Shown here piece after piece: positions 37,175 to 48,503 of a stretch of 64,000 bases of DNA. The position numbers and the translations under genes are program-made. Source of the DNA: Mobula birostris (taxonomy: Eukaryota); NCBI RefSeq assembly GCF_030028105.1, contig NC_092379.1, forward strand, positions 22,745,130 to 22,809,129, in the 5' to 3' direction. Each line of letters opens with the position of its first letter. Within the stretch, counting starts at the first letter, position 1. A model generated the notes under the pieces. It did no database searches and was not told the DNA's origin. It saw only the letters and a program-made list of their open reading frames with translations.

Positions 37175-39720
37175 TGCTCCAAATGTGAAATTAGCATACA
37201 AACTCAAGATAAGCTGGACAATTTTGGAAGGGATCCCGTATGATCTGAGAATTCAGCAGAGGTTCTCCCTGTGGATGCTGTCAAAAGCTTTTTCAAAGTC
37301 CATGAAATGTATGTACAGTTGTCTCTGCCACTCTGTGCACTGTTCCATGATGTTACACAGCATGAATATCTGGTTGACAGAGCCTCCATTCTTCCTGAAG
37401 CCAACTTGCTCTTTCTTCAAGCACACATCTACAGCATCTGTAATCCATTGGACAATGACTTTGGTGAGAAAAAAGTGTGATACCTCACCAGTTGTTGCAA
37501 TCACTTAGTGCTCCTTTCTTGGGGATCCTAACTCCCTTTGTCCAGTCCGTGGGCACTTGTCCCCATTCCCAGATTATAATGAACAGTGGTTGCAGGATGA
37601 CTGCTGCAACTTTTGGTTCAGCTTTGAACAGTTCAGCTCCAAATTGTCATGTTCTGTAGCTTTGCTGTTTCTTAATGATTTAATCACAGTAACAATCTCT
37701 TCTTTCTTGGGTGGATCTGCATTGATGTCAGGGTCCTCTGTGTCTACTCAGTAAATCTCTGAAATACCCTGTCCATCGTGCTTCATGCTCTTGTCAAAAG
37801 CAGACCGTTCTTACCTCTATGAGGCTACTGGATCTGGCTTGGAACTTTCCACATATCAATTTTGAAATCTTGTATATATTTTCCTGATCACGTCAACTGG
37901 CACTGCTGTGGCCACCACTGCAAGGTCTCCTATGTAGACTCTCTTATCCATTCTTAGAAGCTCTTCACTTTCTTGCTAGCTTCAGTGAATGCCAATTGAA
38001 GTTTCACCTTAATTCATGTTGACTTTGCATTGAACACTTTCTTCCTAATTTTCCATCTTTCTTCTAAGGTTGTCCATGTTTCCTGCTGTATCCATGCTTT
38101 GTTTTTTTTTCCAGCTCTGTAATGTAGACAAGCCTCACTGATCTCCTTGAACACTGACACAATCTATTTCCACATCCTGTTGAGCTTGTACACTGACACA
38201 TCCCCGCCAATGTCTGAAATCCCACCTTAAGCTGAATGGTGATGGCAGATCTCACACTGGTGTCCTTGAGTTTCTCAACATCTAAACATCTTTGTACATG
38301 TGCTTTAGTCCCAGTGCCTCTCAGCATGAGTTTCATCACTGCTACAGCAAGGTGGTGATTACTTCCTGTATCTGCTCCTCTTCACCCTTACATCCTGCAA
38401 GGATCGTCTCCACATACCATTTATCATCAAATGGTCAATCTGGATCTTGTCACGTCCATTGGGTAAGCTCCATGTCAGTTTGTTTATTTCATGGTGTGGA
38501 AAGAGGGTCCCTCCTGTGACCAGATTGTTCATGGCACAGAATTCCACCAGTCTTTCACCATTGTTATTGATCATTCTACATCCCTATGTACCCATGACCC
38601 TAGTGAAGTGTGAGTTGTTATTTCCCACTTTGCCATTTAGCTCTCCCATGATGATTATGTCATGGCGTGGTGTTAACTCTACCTCTGCTGTTTGTAGAAG
38701 ATGTCCTTTTCTTCAATGTCACTATTGTTATTTGGCGCATAGCACTGGATCACAGTCATGTTCACTTCCTTCACTCTCAGCCGGACTCTCACCAGCCGAC
38801 TGTTGATTGGCTTTCACTCCAGCGGGCACTTCTCAATGCCTTTCTTCAAAATGACAGCTACACCATCATGATGCTGACCATCTTCCCTTCCTGAATATAA
38901 AACTGTTTCACCAGTTGCTGCCTTTAGTCTGCCAGACCCTGTCCATCTGCTTTCACTGACCCCAGTGTATGTTGGCTGTAATGACACATTACAGTGGTTA
39001 TTTGTGTGAGCTTGCCAGTGTTGTACATGGTTTCACAATTCCAAAAAACATTTTTGGTCTTGGTCTCAGCAAAGTTCATGGCTCCCTTCACCATGCTCGT
39101 AGCTTCCTCTCTGTTTTCACTCCCGTCAGCCATGCAAGTCCCGGGTGGTGACTAGGGAATACCATCACACTCAGATGTAGAAGGATTTTTCATTGCTGGT
39201 TCCATAACTGTGACGAGAGTCCTTGGTGAGGATGGTTTGGACCCAAATGCTGGAGTATCTGAAGCAAAGATCGAGACACAGTATCAAACTGGATCGAGAT
39301 TTGAGCACGAAACAAATGCTAGACAATATCACTAGTAGGGTTTACCACTGAGCACTGAACATCAGTTCAGGTGTTCTTTCATACTTAATTCTTGGTGCCC
39401 AAAACATGATTATCAATTAGCGAGATCATCCTGAACCTTAAAGGGGCTGCTACCAGCTATCTGTACTCCGGAGAGTTGGAGAGTCTAAATCCTGGAAGCT
39501 GGCACGGTTGGGAGCATCTCCTAACAATTACAATTTTCTTTATGATGAGTCAGATTCACTAACCCTGAGCTGAAACTCCAAACCTGGAGGAACGGTGAAT
39601 AGTTCTTTGTTTGGTCTCTACCCTTTGACATGTTTGGCATGGGTGACCCTACCTAGAGCTAAATCAGAAGACCCTGATTCAATCCAACATAGATCTCTGG
39701 TTCACTGAGGCACACACACC
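37175..39720 (-). mobile_element. RTE-clade LINE, degenerate, 3'-truncated
   Basis: Endonuclease remnants (NNNGERLVEFCAMNNL..FPH..KLTW..QIDH), RT remnants (QVGFRKNGGSVNQIF..DFEKAFDSIHR). Confidence 0.8.
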
Positions 39721-40549
39721 ACTATACTGTTTGACAAGATTGTGGTTCTCTTGGAGGGAAAAAAAGGTTCACCATTTTGATTGGTGCCATGGTGGGATTG
39801 GTGTGTCAGGTGGACATAAAAGGTTTGGAAATTCTCCACTATCTGTCCCAACATTGATCCCTCAACCAGCATCACAGAATGTCAGATCTCTTTATACCTC
39901 ATTGCTGTCTCAGAGAGATTGCTCTATGAAACTTGGGTTCCACCTTCCATCCGTGACAACAGAGACTCGACTTCAAAAGTACTTCATTGTCTGCAGAAAC
40001 CGCTCTGGTTTGGCCTGGAGTCATGAAAGCTCTTGAGTGATGACAAATCACCTGGGGGGGGGGGGAGTTTTGCTTTAATTAATTATTCAAACAGTGTGGT
40101 TTATACTTTACTGAGGATGCAAGATTTGGAGCACACAGTATTCCCATCACCAGGTGGGTAAGAGAATTACCCACCTTGCTGATCTAGACCTTTCAATACG
40201 GACCATTCAGCAGCGCTTGTCTGCCAACCTACTGGGGAGCATCCTGTTACCAGCAACAACTTCTGTTGTGTGGCTTCAGCTCCCGAGTTCCCTGCATCAA
40301 ACACCCTGTTCCTCTCACCGGCTGAAACAGGTCAAAGAGATTTTGTGGGGAGAACTGCTGAGGGCTTGGCACTAAAATTTATGGTGCCAGGTCCCTGAAA
40401 GAGAAAATACCTTATAAGTGTAAATTACACGCATTTCCACCAGGAATGCCTGTTTAACATTGATTCTCGCGGTGTGGGAGCAGTGAGAATATTGTGTGGT
40501 AACTCTTTTTGTTGCTCCATACATTTTCCTGCAAAGACAGTCTCAGACT

Positions 40550-40716
40550 GTGTCTCTAAGGAGAATATTTGTCCACCGACTGGTGTCTCTCAGTCCCTGT
40601 CTCTCAAGAAGATATCTGTCCACTGACTAGTCTCTCAGTCCCTGTCTCTCAAGAAGATATCTGTCCACTGACTAGTCTCTCAGTCCCTGTCTCTCAGGGG
40701 GTATCTGTCCACTGAC
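40550..40716. repeat. 45-bp minisatellite, about 3.7 copies
   Basis: Unit tctctcagtccctgtctctcaagaagatatctgtccactgactag at 40586, 40631, 40676. Confidence 0.9.
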
Positions 40717-40977
40717 CGATAATCTCTCGCTGGGATTCTGTGTGTTTCAGTTTACACAAACTGTTCATCGTTGAAATTGATGGATCGAACAGAGTGTGAC
40801 AGATCTTTAATCCGGATCTGGTCACGGCCGCTGACCTGCCGCCTGTTGCAGAGACAAACATCTTTTGGGGAATTGAAATCGCTGCTGTGGGTGGGGACAG
40901 GAAGCCGCGCCTCTGGTTTCAGTGTGTGAGAGCCTGTTCAAACCGCGGCTCCCTCTCTCACTCACAGCCCACGTCCC

Positions 40978-40985
40978 TATTTAAA
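40978..40985 (+). promoter_or_regulatory. Candidate TATA box of the IgW V promoter
   Basis: TATTTAAA about 95 bp upstream of the leader ATG; no ATGCAAAT octamer nearby, as expected for elasmobranch IgH. Confidence 0.55.
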
Positions 40986-41073
40986 CAGCGCTCACTGCGG
41001 CTCCGGACAAAGACGGCCTGAGCTGCAGTCGCCGATCTCAACAGTGTCCAAGTCCGGCTCAGTGTTCAGGGCG

Positions 41074-41119
41074 ATGGGGGTCGTTCCTTATCTCTGTCTC
41101 CTCCTGTCTTGTCTGGCAG
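41074..41119 (+). CDS. IgW: IgW leader exon (MGVVPYLCLLLSCLA-G)
   Basis: 46-nt hydrophobic signal exon, phase-1 donor G|GTGGGT; 109-nt intron; resembles skate IgX leaders as I recall them. Confidence 0.9.
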
Positions 41120-41228
41120 GTGGGTGTCCCGCGGCTTGTCGCCCTCCCGGGGCCGGCTGTTTCTCGGAGGCTTTGTGAATCTCTGCCCGTGGAACATTTT
41201 ATTAATTTCTGCTCTTTTTTATTGACAG

Positions 41229-41526
41229 GCGTGCGGTCCGCCGTCGTGCTGACACAGCCCGAGTCAGCGGTGGTAAAGCCCGGACAGTCCTACAGACTGA
41301 CCTGTGCGGTCAGTGGGATCAGCCTCAGCGGATATAGCATGGGCTGGGCGAAACAGGTCTCCGGGAGTGAGCGGGAGTGCCTGGCAGTGATTTACTCTGA
41401 TGGTGACACACGCTACGCGACTGGAGTCGAGAGCCGGTTCACTATTTCCAAGGACAGCAGCGCCGTCTACCTGCAAATGAACAACCTGAGACCGGACGAC
41501 ACGGCCACCTATTACTGTGCGGCAGA
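41229..41526 (+). CDS. IgW: IgW VH segment, germline, open
   Basis: After ttgacAG: GVRS-AVVLTQPESAVVKPGQSYRLTC..MGWAKQVSGSERECLA..RFTISKDSSAVYLQMNNLRPDDTATYYCAA; canonical Cys22, Trp36, Cys92. Confidence 0.97.
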
Positions 41527-41565
41527 CACAGTGAGACAGACCGAGACTGGACCGGGACAAAAACC
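41527..41565 (+). other. V 3' RSS (23-bp spacer)
   Basis: CACAGTG (41527-41533) + 23 nt + ACAAAAACC (41557-41565), perfect consensus. Confidence 0.97.
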
Positions 41566-41922
41566 CAGCGAGAGCGCCTGTCCTTCGGGCGCTGAGGGAA
41601 AGGACAGCAGTGATCGCCACAGCTGTATCTCGGTCGTTCTGGGCCACATCCGCTCGTCCACGCAATGGAAGGCGGGTTGTCAGCGGGGAGTCCCGAGAAG
41701 AGATGCTGGCCAGATGGATCGAGGGGCTCAGCGGATCACTTCAGAGGGCAGCTCGGAGCCAAGCGCTGTAAGTGGGAATGGGATCACCGATCGACCTGGT
41801 CAGGTGTCGGTCCTTCGTCTACACGTCGGGCTGTGAGGAACATTAATGATCAGAGACACTTTGGTGTTCTGGTGCGGTTTGACTGAGGAGTGACTGTGCT
41901 GGGAGACAGTGAGAGGGGCGGA

Positions 41923-42003
41923 GGTTATCGTACGGCGGTGTATCACTGTGACTGTGCTGGGTGGCACAGTGTGAGAGATGGCGGCTCCCTCCATACACAA
42001 ACC
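41923..42003 (+). other. IgW: D1 segment (coding 41951-41964, ACTGTGCTGGGTGG) with 12-RSS and 23-RSS
   Basis: GGTTATCGT-12-CACTGTG / 14 nt / CACAGTG-23-ACACAAACC. Confidence 0.93.
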
Positions 42004-42338
42004 TACCGCAACAAAACTCTTTAAATTGGGCTCTTCGGGCGCTTCCACCGGCCTTTACCCCGGATCCCGTGGATATAAATCAGATCCCGAGTGGATAATC
42101 CGGGAGTGGGTACAAGTTCCACTGGAGATGTGTCCGGAAGGGAACGGGACCACCGAGGAGGATCTGTCAGGGGAAGCCCAGTGAAAGGTCCCGGTGGGTT
42201 ATATCATCTCCACTTCAGCACTGGGACGGCCGAGATTGAGACCCGCTGTGTGGGACACCCGAACACAGCGGGAGGGTTTAATAAATCCGCTGACCGGCTC
42301 TGGGATCCACTGGATTTCGGGCTGGATGTGATGAAGAC

Positions 42339-42402
42339 GGTTTGTGACCTGCGGTAAAGCACCGTGATATGGACCACGGTGATGGGGAGCTGAACAGAAA
42401 CT
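42339..42402 (+). other. IgW: D2 segment (coding 42367-42374, ATATGGAC) with 12/12 RSS
   Basis: GGTTTGTGA-12-CACCGTG / 8 nt / CACGGTG-12-ACAGAAACT. Confidence 0.9.
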
Positions 42403-42736
42403 GGTCCCGACAAAGGAGCGTCTGCAGCGCCGTCTGTCTCCACGGATTCCGCATTGCTGCCTCCCAGAGTCAAATCCATGAAGATTCACTCGGACTGCTG
42501 GGCGCAAATGTCCATTTCTGGACAAATAAAGCCAAAAAGGATTCGACTCTCATTCTGGGTGATGGCGGGAGCCGGTGTCCGCAGACAGGAAAACTGTGAA
42601 AATGCCTCTTTTATTCACACACCAGGAAGAGACAAGGACGGAGTTTGGGATGGAAATCCAGGAAGCGGCTGCTCCCGGTCCGGACAGGGATCATGTTGAC
42701 ATTTTGCTGAGATTATTGGATGTGACAGGCAAGTGA

Positions 42737-42775
42737 AGTTACTGCACTGGGTGAATGGGGAGACGGAGCACCGTG
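42737..42775 (+). other. J 5' RSS (23-bp spacer, weak nonamer)
   Basis: AGTTACTGC-23-CACCGTG. Confidence 0.75.
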
Positions 42776-42823
42776 ACTATTTTGACTACTGGGGCGGAGG
42801 AACCTCGCTGACAGTGACTTCAG
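42776..42823 (+). CDS. IgW: JH segment (YFDYWGGGTSLTVTS)
   Basis: WGxG motif, phase-1 donor G|GTAAGA at 42824. Confidence 0.97.
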
Positions 42824-45069
42824 GTAAGACCAACTTCTCAATTGTATCTTCACGCACTGGTATTTTATTTATTTACGGTTCTGGCGAATTCAGTGATTCA
42901 CCCGAAATCAGTGAGATATCTAAAGCAAGTACGTGAATCTCCCTGAACCGGCGGGTTTCTCTAGAGCCCAGTAACAGTACAAGGGTACATACCCCACCCA
43001 CCAGTGAACTGTCCACCGACCGGGAACAGGCTCAGGGGAATGGGGTCGGATCTTGTCACCAGACTGTGTCTTGACACCGGCCGACTGTGCTGAGTGAGCT
43101 CAGTGTTTGGTTCAAGTCTGGCTTCTGATCCTCAGCACCAACTGAAGCCACGGTCAGGGGCTGAGCGTTTCAGTGCAGTTGAACTTGTTCCCTGTCAGCG
43201 ACAACAATGGATCTGTTCAGTGTCCAGTTATTGGGATCGGGTTTTACTGTCGGCTGCTTTCATGTTGAAGGTAATGGGATTCAGACATAATCTGAGGGAA
43301 TGGTGTACACATGTATGATCTGGTTGATGGCTCAATATCCCCAGGGTACAGGTGGGTGTCAGTCCCATCATGTAATGTCCGGAGTGAGGTCCGTCCCGGG
43401 ATACAGCAAAAGTATCGGCGATATCCCAGGATTAATTGATGGGATTAAGGTTTTAGTTTTATTCCCTGATGGGTAAAGAGGTGGGGTGCGGTGGGGAAGA
43501 ATTTTGGAGTTGGGAAGGCAGTGGGGAAGTGGTGCGGGAAAGGTAAGGCAGGAAATTGGAATCACAATTCCTTCACACAGCCTTGCATTAGTGGGTGGGG
43601 GAGTGGGGAGTGGTGCAGGTGGGGTGGGGAGGGAAGCGTTCAAGTCAATAATGTGTAATAGGCGAGCATATCAGGGAAGGTTTGTTGTTGAAGGTTTGTG
43701 ATCTGGAACACACTGCCTGAATGATGGTATTGGCCAATTGTGAGTGTAGAGAGGGAACAGGAGGAGATCTACCTTTTGTCGGGATACTGGGAAGAGCAGA
43801 GAGACCAATGGGTTTGTTGGGTTTGCTCAGCTAAAGGGAAGCACAGACACTATCGGATGAATGGCCTCACTCTCTGCTCTGTCATTCAATGGAATCAGTA
43901 TTTATCTTGTAAATCTGGGAAATTCTTCCTCGAAGGGATTCCAACAAGCACCCAGAGTACACAGAGCATGAGTTAAATGCAGATGACAGCACCCATGTCC
44001 TGTCCTGGCAGCCATGGATTAGATACAAAGATCCTTCTGCACTGTCCCATCCCTCCCAGGGCAGGGGCAGCAGAGGTTAGACACAGAGTGAAGCTTCCCC
44101 CAACCTGTCCCATCACACACTCACGGGACACGAGTTGAACTTTACTGTTCAAATGAACTGCTTATTCTCAGTTCACAGACAGAGCAACTGCTCTAATTTC
44201 TTGCCCTCCTCCACCCCCAGACTGGGTTTGTTTAACCTCCATTAACCACTGTTGCTGGTGATTCAGTAAAAGTGATTGTGAGATAAAGTGCTGACATTTA
44301 CAGAGCACCTTTCATGGTGTCCCCGAGCTCTTCACAGGCAATGAAGTAGTTTCAAAGTACAGCCCTGTTGTAGAGTCGGGAATGTGGAGCCACTCTGCAC
44401 ACAGCAGAATCCACAAACTGCAAGGTGAGAACAATCAGACAGTCTGTTCTGGTGATGTTATTGAAGGAGAAGTATTGTCCAGGACTCCGTGGACACAGTG
44501 ATCCAATGGACAGGCACAAGGTTGGATTCAGTGTGATGGGAAACAGGGCAGTACATCAAAGCAGATGAGTAGTGCAGAGGGATGGATGAACAGTCCACGG
44601 ATACCACCACAACAAAACTGACAAATTTAAACTCAGTTCATAATAATCTGCAACAGATTTGGATCTGTGGTCAGATTTCCAACAACTTAATAATTGGTAT
44701 TGTTTTTAAATCTAGTCATTAGTAACGATAACCCTTCAGTTTTACTGATGTCCCTCAGGGAAGGAGATCTCTCATCCTTACCCTTCGAGCCTATTTATAA
44801 CTCCTGACTCATCAATGTGTTTGTCTCCCAATGCCCTCTGAATGGCAGCTCAGATGTGTAATTCATTCAGACTTTCCTGGAAAAGCTCAGATCCCAAAGG
44901 ATGAATAAACAAAATTGCCCACCTTTTGTTCATACTACCTGATGTTCCATCCACTTACTACAATACAGACTAAAATCCGACCGAGTCTCTCCCAATCTAC
45001 TGATTCACCATTGATCATTTCGTGCAAATTCCCAAGTGTTATTTCATTGCAAATTTCTTCTGAGCTGAT

Positions 45070-45325
45070 CCACCCAGATCCAGTTCCTGTCTTCACCCCG
45101 GCACCCCGTGACCCACCCAGATCCAGTTCCTCTCTTCACCCCAGCACCCTGTGACCCACCCAGATCCAGTTCCTCTCTTCACCCCAGCACCCTGTGGCCC
45201 ACCCAGATCCAGTTCCTCTCTTCACCCCAGCACCCTGTGACCCACCCAGATCCAGTTCCTCTCTTCACCCCCGCACCCTGTGACCCACCCAGATCCAGTT
45301 CCCCTCTTCACCCCAGCACCCTGCA
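45070..45325. repeat. 43-bp minisatellite x6 in the J-C intron
   Basis: Unit ccacccagatccagttcctctcttcaccccagcaccctgtgac. Confidence 0.93.
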
Positions 45326-48300
45326 GTCAGTTTGATGGGTGTTTTTATAAAGACGCAGAGGAACACCGATCCAGACAGAACTGTACTTACCACCTGCTGG
45401 TCCCGGGATGTAAAAGATCCTCAGCTGCAAATCTCACCGACTGACATTATTGTGCCTCCTGCACTGCCGACACTGAGCAGCTCAGGGAACATCTGTGGGT
45501 GAGAAACAGAGTTAATGTTTCACTTCAGTGACCTTTCACCAAAACCTGTCAGTCTGATTTCTGGCAACTATGCTGTTTCCAGTTTTATTTTACTGAATTT
45601 ATTTTGATGAAAACAATTTATTTTTCATTGACTTCTACAACCCCAGAACATCCCAGAGCCTTTCCCAACCCAGCAAGTACTTCTGCAGTGTGTCACTGCA
45701 TATGGGGGGACTAAACCTCCAACTTGTCTGCATCTTGTTCCCACAAACTGAACTACAACATGACTATCTAGTCTGGGTGATGTTGGAAGGGAATGGTCAC
45801 TTTTAGCCTACAATTCCTAAAGCTCCCCACCACTGGGAACTCCTCATCTGAATTCTGACTGTGCGGTAAATGAATAGACAGACACGAGTTGGTTGTAGGC
45901 AATCTAGATGGTCCCAGGTCTTTGGTCCAGCAACTTCTCTGTTGTCAGGGGTTGATATTGATAAGGAGCAGTGAGATTCCTCAGACATCAGCTGACCAGC
46001 CCATTCCTGAGCTGCTGTGTACCTGGGAAGCTGAGGTTACTGTGGGTGAAATAGTGCTGGTTGTGGCTGGCAGTCTGAAGGAGACAACTAGTGTTCAGCC
46101 ACTTACACTGGAGTCAATCTCACAGTTCCACAGACCACTGTAACCCAGGATTTACTGAGTGACATATGCCTCCAGAGCTGTTACCACACTCTACCACATG
46201 GCACTGGGTCCCACTGGAATTCCCAGGGTAACACTAGGAAATCCACCTCCACATTTCCCTCATTGGCCGGACCTGACAAAGGATCACATTTCCCATTCAT
46301 CTGACTGGGGGTTCTGGGCCTTGGGTAGGGATTTATTCAGGAATGATTTCTGTCTGATTATTATGTTTTAATGCATTTCAGATTTATTATTTTAAACAAA
46401 ATATGCAAAGTTAATTGTTGCCATAGGAATTTACATTAATTTTAATGTTTCCAAGTCATTTTGAACCTGTTAAATTACATGACAGCATTAACACAAGACA
46501 AACCCCTCCCCACAACTTCCAAGCATCAGGGTGTTCTGGACCCAGAGTCCCAGCAGGGTGTTGCCTGAGGCTATTTAATGCTAAGGCCCTGATACACCTC
46601 AACACAAGCCGCCAGCATCTAGAAACCCAGTGAGGTCCCACCTTTCCCAGTGTAGGAGTGTGGGGAGAGTCCTAGCAGGTTTGAACCAGCACCATTCAGC
46701 CCGGTCTGTGTGGACATGGTCCAGTTGGCACCGTGCCCTGTGCTTTCTCTCCTGTGACACTTCACCCACAGCACAGGTCAGCTTGTCCCGCTGTTTCACA
46801 GAAGTTGTGTCCCCGATGGGGAGTCTGACATCAGCATTTTACTGGTTGTTTCAGGCTCAGTGTTGAAAGGTATGAGAAAGGGACCATTTTACTGCTCTGC
46901 CTGTCCTGTTAACCTGAATCACCTGTATTTGCTCAGGAAGACAAATGTTCTTAGCTCACAGTCCCCAGTGTCACTTGGAAATGGTTCCAAACAATGCAGA
47001 TGTTATTATTGACCAGTTAAATAATATTCATTCCTATTTACTTGTTATATTTATTTATTTACACCTATTCTATTTGAAGCCCAGATTTCAATATTTTTTG
47101 CCCTTTGTCCCAGAGTGATTACTGTGAAGTGAATATTTCATTATTTTGCCCCCAAATGAAATTGTGACCTTCCCACCACTCCACTTCCACTCCAAATGTT
47201 GAGTTTGCTGCACTTCCAATAGCAGAATCGATCTGAAGCCTGTGTGTGTCTGTTGACCATCTTACTGTTGGACAACAAAGCCCTCATCTACTGCAATTCA
47301 CACTGTCTGACACATACTCTCCCGCTAATCTCCTACTCCCAGAGTTCCTGCATGTTCTGCTGTGTCCACACAGTCTTTTTGGGTGATTTAAACCTCATCC
47401 ACCAGCAACAATCTGTCATCCACAGAGTCAATCATGAGGTAAATGATGTCACGTAGGTAGATCAGAGCAAACCCTGTCCACAACACTGCTCAAGGTACTT
47501 CTGACAACTGGTCAAACCACATTTCCTTAACATATACACTTGTCAAAGCTGTCAATTGGTCAATTAGCAAATTGATCTTTGCACCTTTAACTACCTTAGT
47601 AAATCAACACGCCTCTTTTTCCAGTGAAATGAATTAAGAAACAGTGCTTTCAAGTGTATTTTACACCTTAAGTGGTTGGGAATTGCTACAACCTGCATTT
47701 CCTCTCTGGGCTGGTCGTTCACTGAGAATATCAACTACATCTAACGGCAGTTTGAGATTTCTCCATCTGCCCAGGAGCCTCATCGTCACTGTCGGTTGTA
47801 TTGGCCGACACTTCTCCACAGAGTCTGGGCTAATGTATTTCCACAGTTCCTCTGTCCTTTCTGATGCACGTTACCATTCCCTCCCGGTTAGCCAGTAGTT
47901 TCCACAGACTCAGTGGGGTTGGAATTCTTGCTCAGTCACACACGGTAAATATGTGAGGCAGTGTCAGCTGTATCATGTCGTCTGTTGAGTTGAATTTCAG
48001 AAGCAGAGTTTATTTCCCAACCTCCACTATATTGCACACATGGTGCTGGAGACTCGGTACCACTATATCCACACCGATCACTCCTCTCATCACCAGCAAC
48101 ACTGAACACATCAGAATTATTCCAATAAGTTACTTCCAAATCTGAATTTTTTTGTAAACTCTGCTGATTAGGTGCTACCAGACTTCTCAGAATCAGGAAT
48201 TGTATTTGGAGGAGAGACAGATTGTCACTTTGGTATTTTGACTGAAATCTGACCAATTGGACATTGGGTCACTGCCTCAGTCCTGCACTGAAGTGTTGGC

Positions 48301-48503
48301 CTGGATTGTGAGTCCAAGTTGCCACTGTGGGATTGATCCACACCCTCCTACCTCAGCGACACAGACTCACAGCTGAGTGTTAAAGTGATATCGGCCTTAA
48401 TGGGGTGAAACATTTTGAAAATTACTGCTTTACAAAACGTCTCCTTTCTCTGCCAGTAATGCATGTACTCGGAGAACCATTTGTGAATTTCTTTCCATTT
48501 CAG

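Noticed and set aside
41120-41836. 238-aa ORF as a single protein
   Set aside because: It is leader-intron read-through plus V exon plus RSS and V-D spacer; only 41229-41526 is coding.
45070-45325. CRISPR array or classical switch region
   Set aside because: Units are contiguous with no unique spacers, the DNA is eukaryotic, and the repeat is short with G-richness on the template strand.
46599-46866. Minus-strand ORF with KLTC..WFK as an Ig V relic
   Set aside because: Cys-Trp spacing is about 28 residues, with no YxC motif or RSS.
47640-48256. Short ORFs on both strands in unique intron sequence
   Set aside because: No domain motifs or consistent splice signals; treated as chance ORFs.
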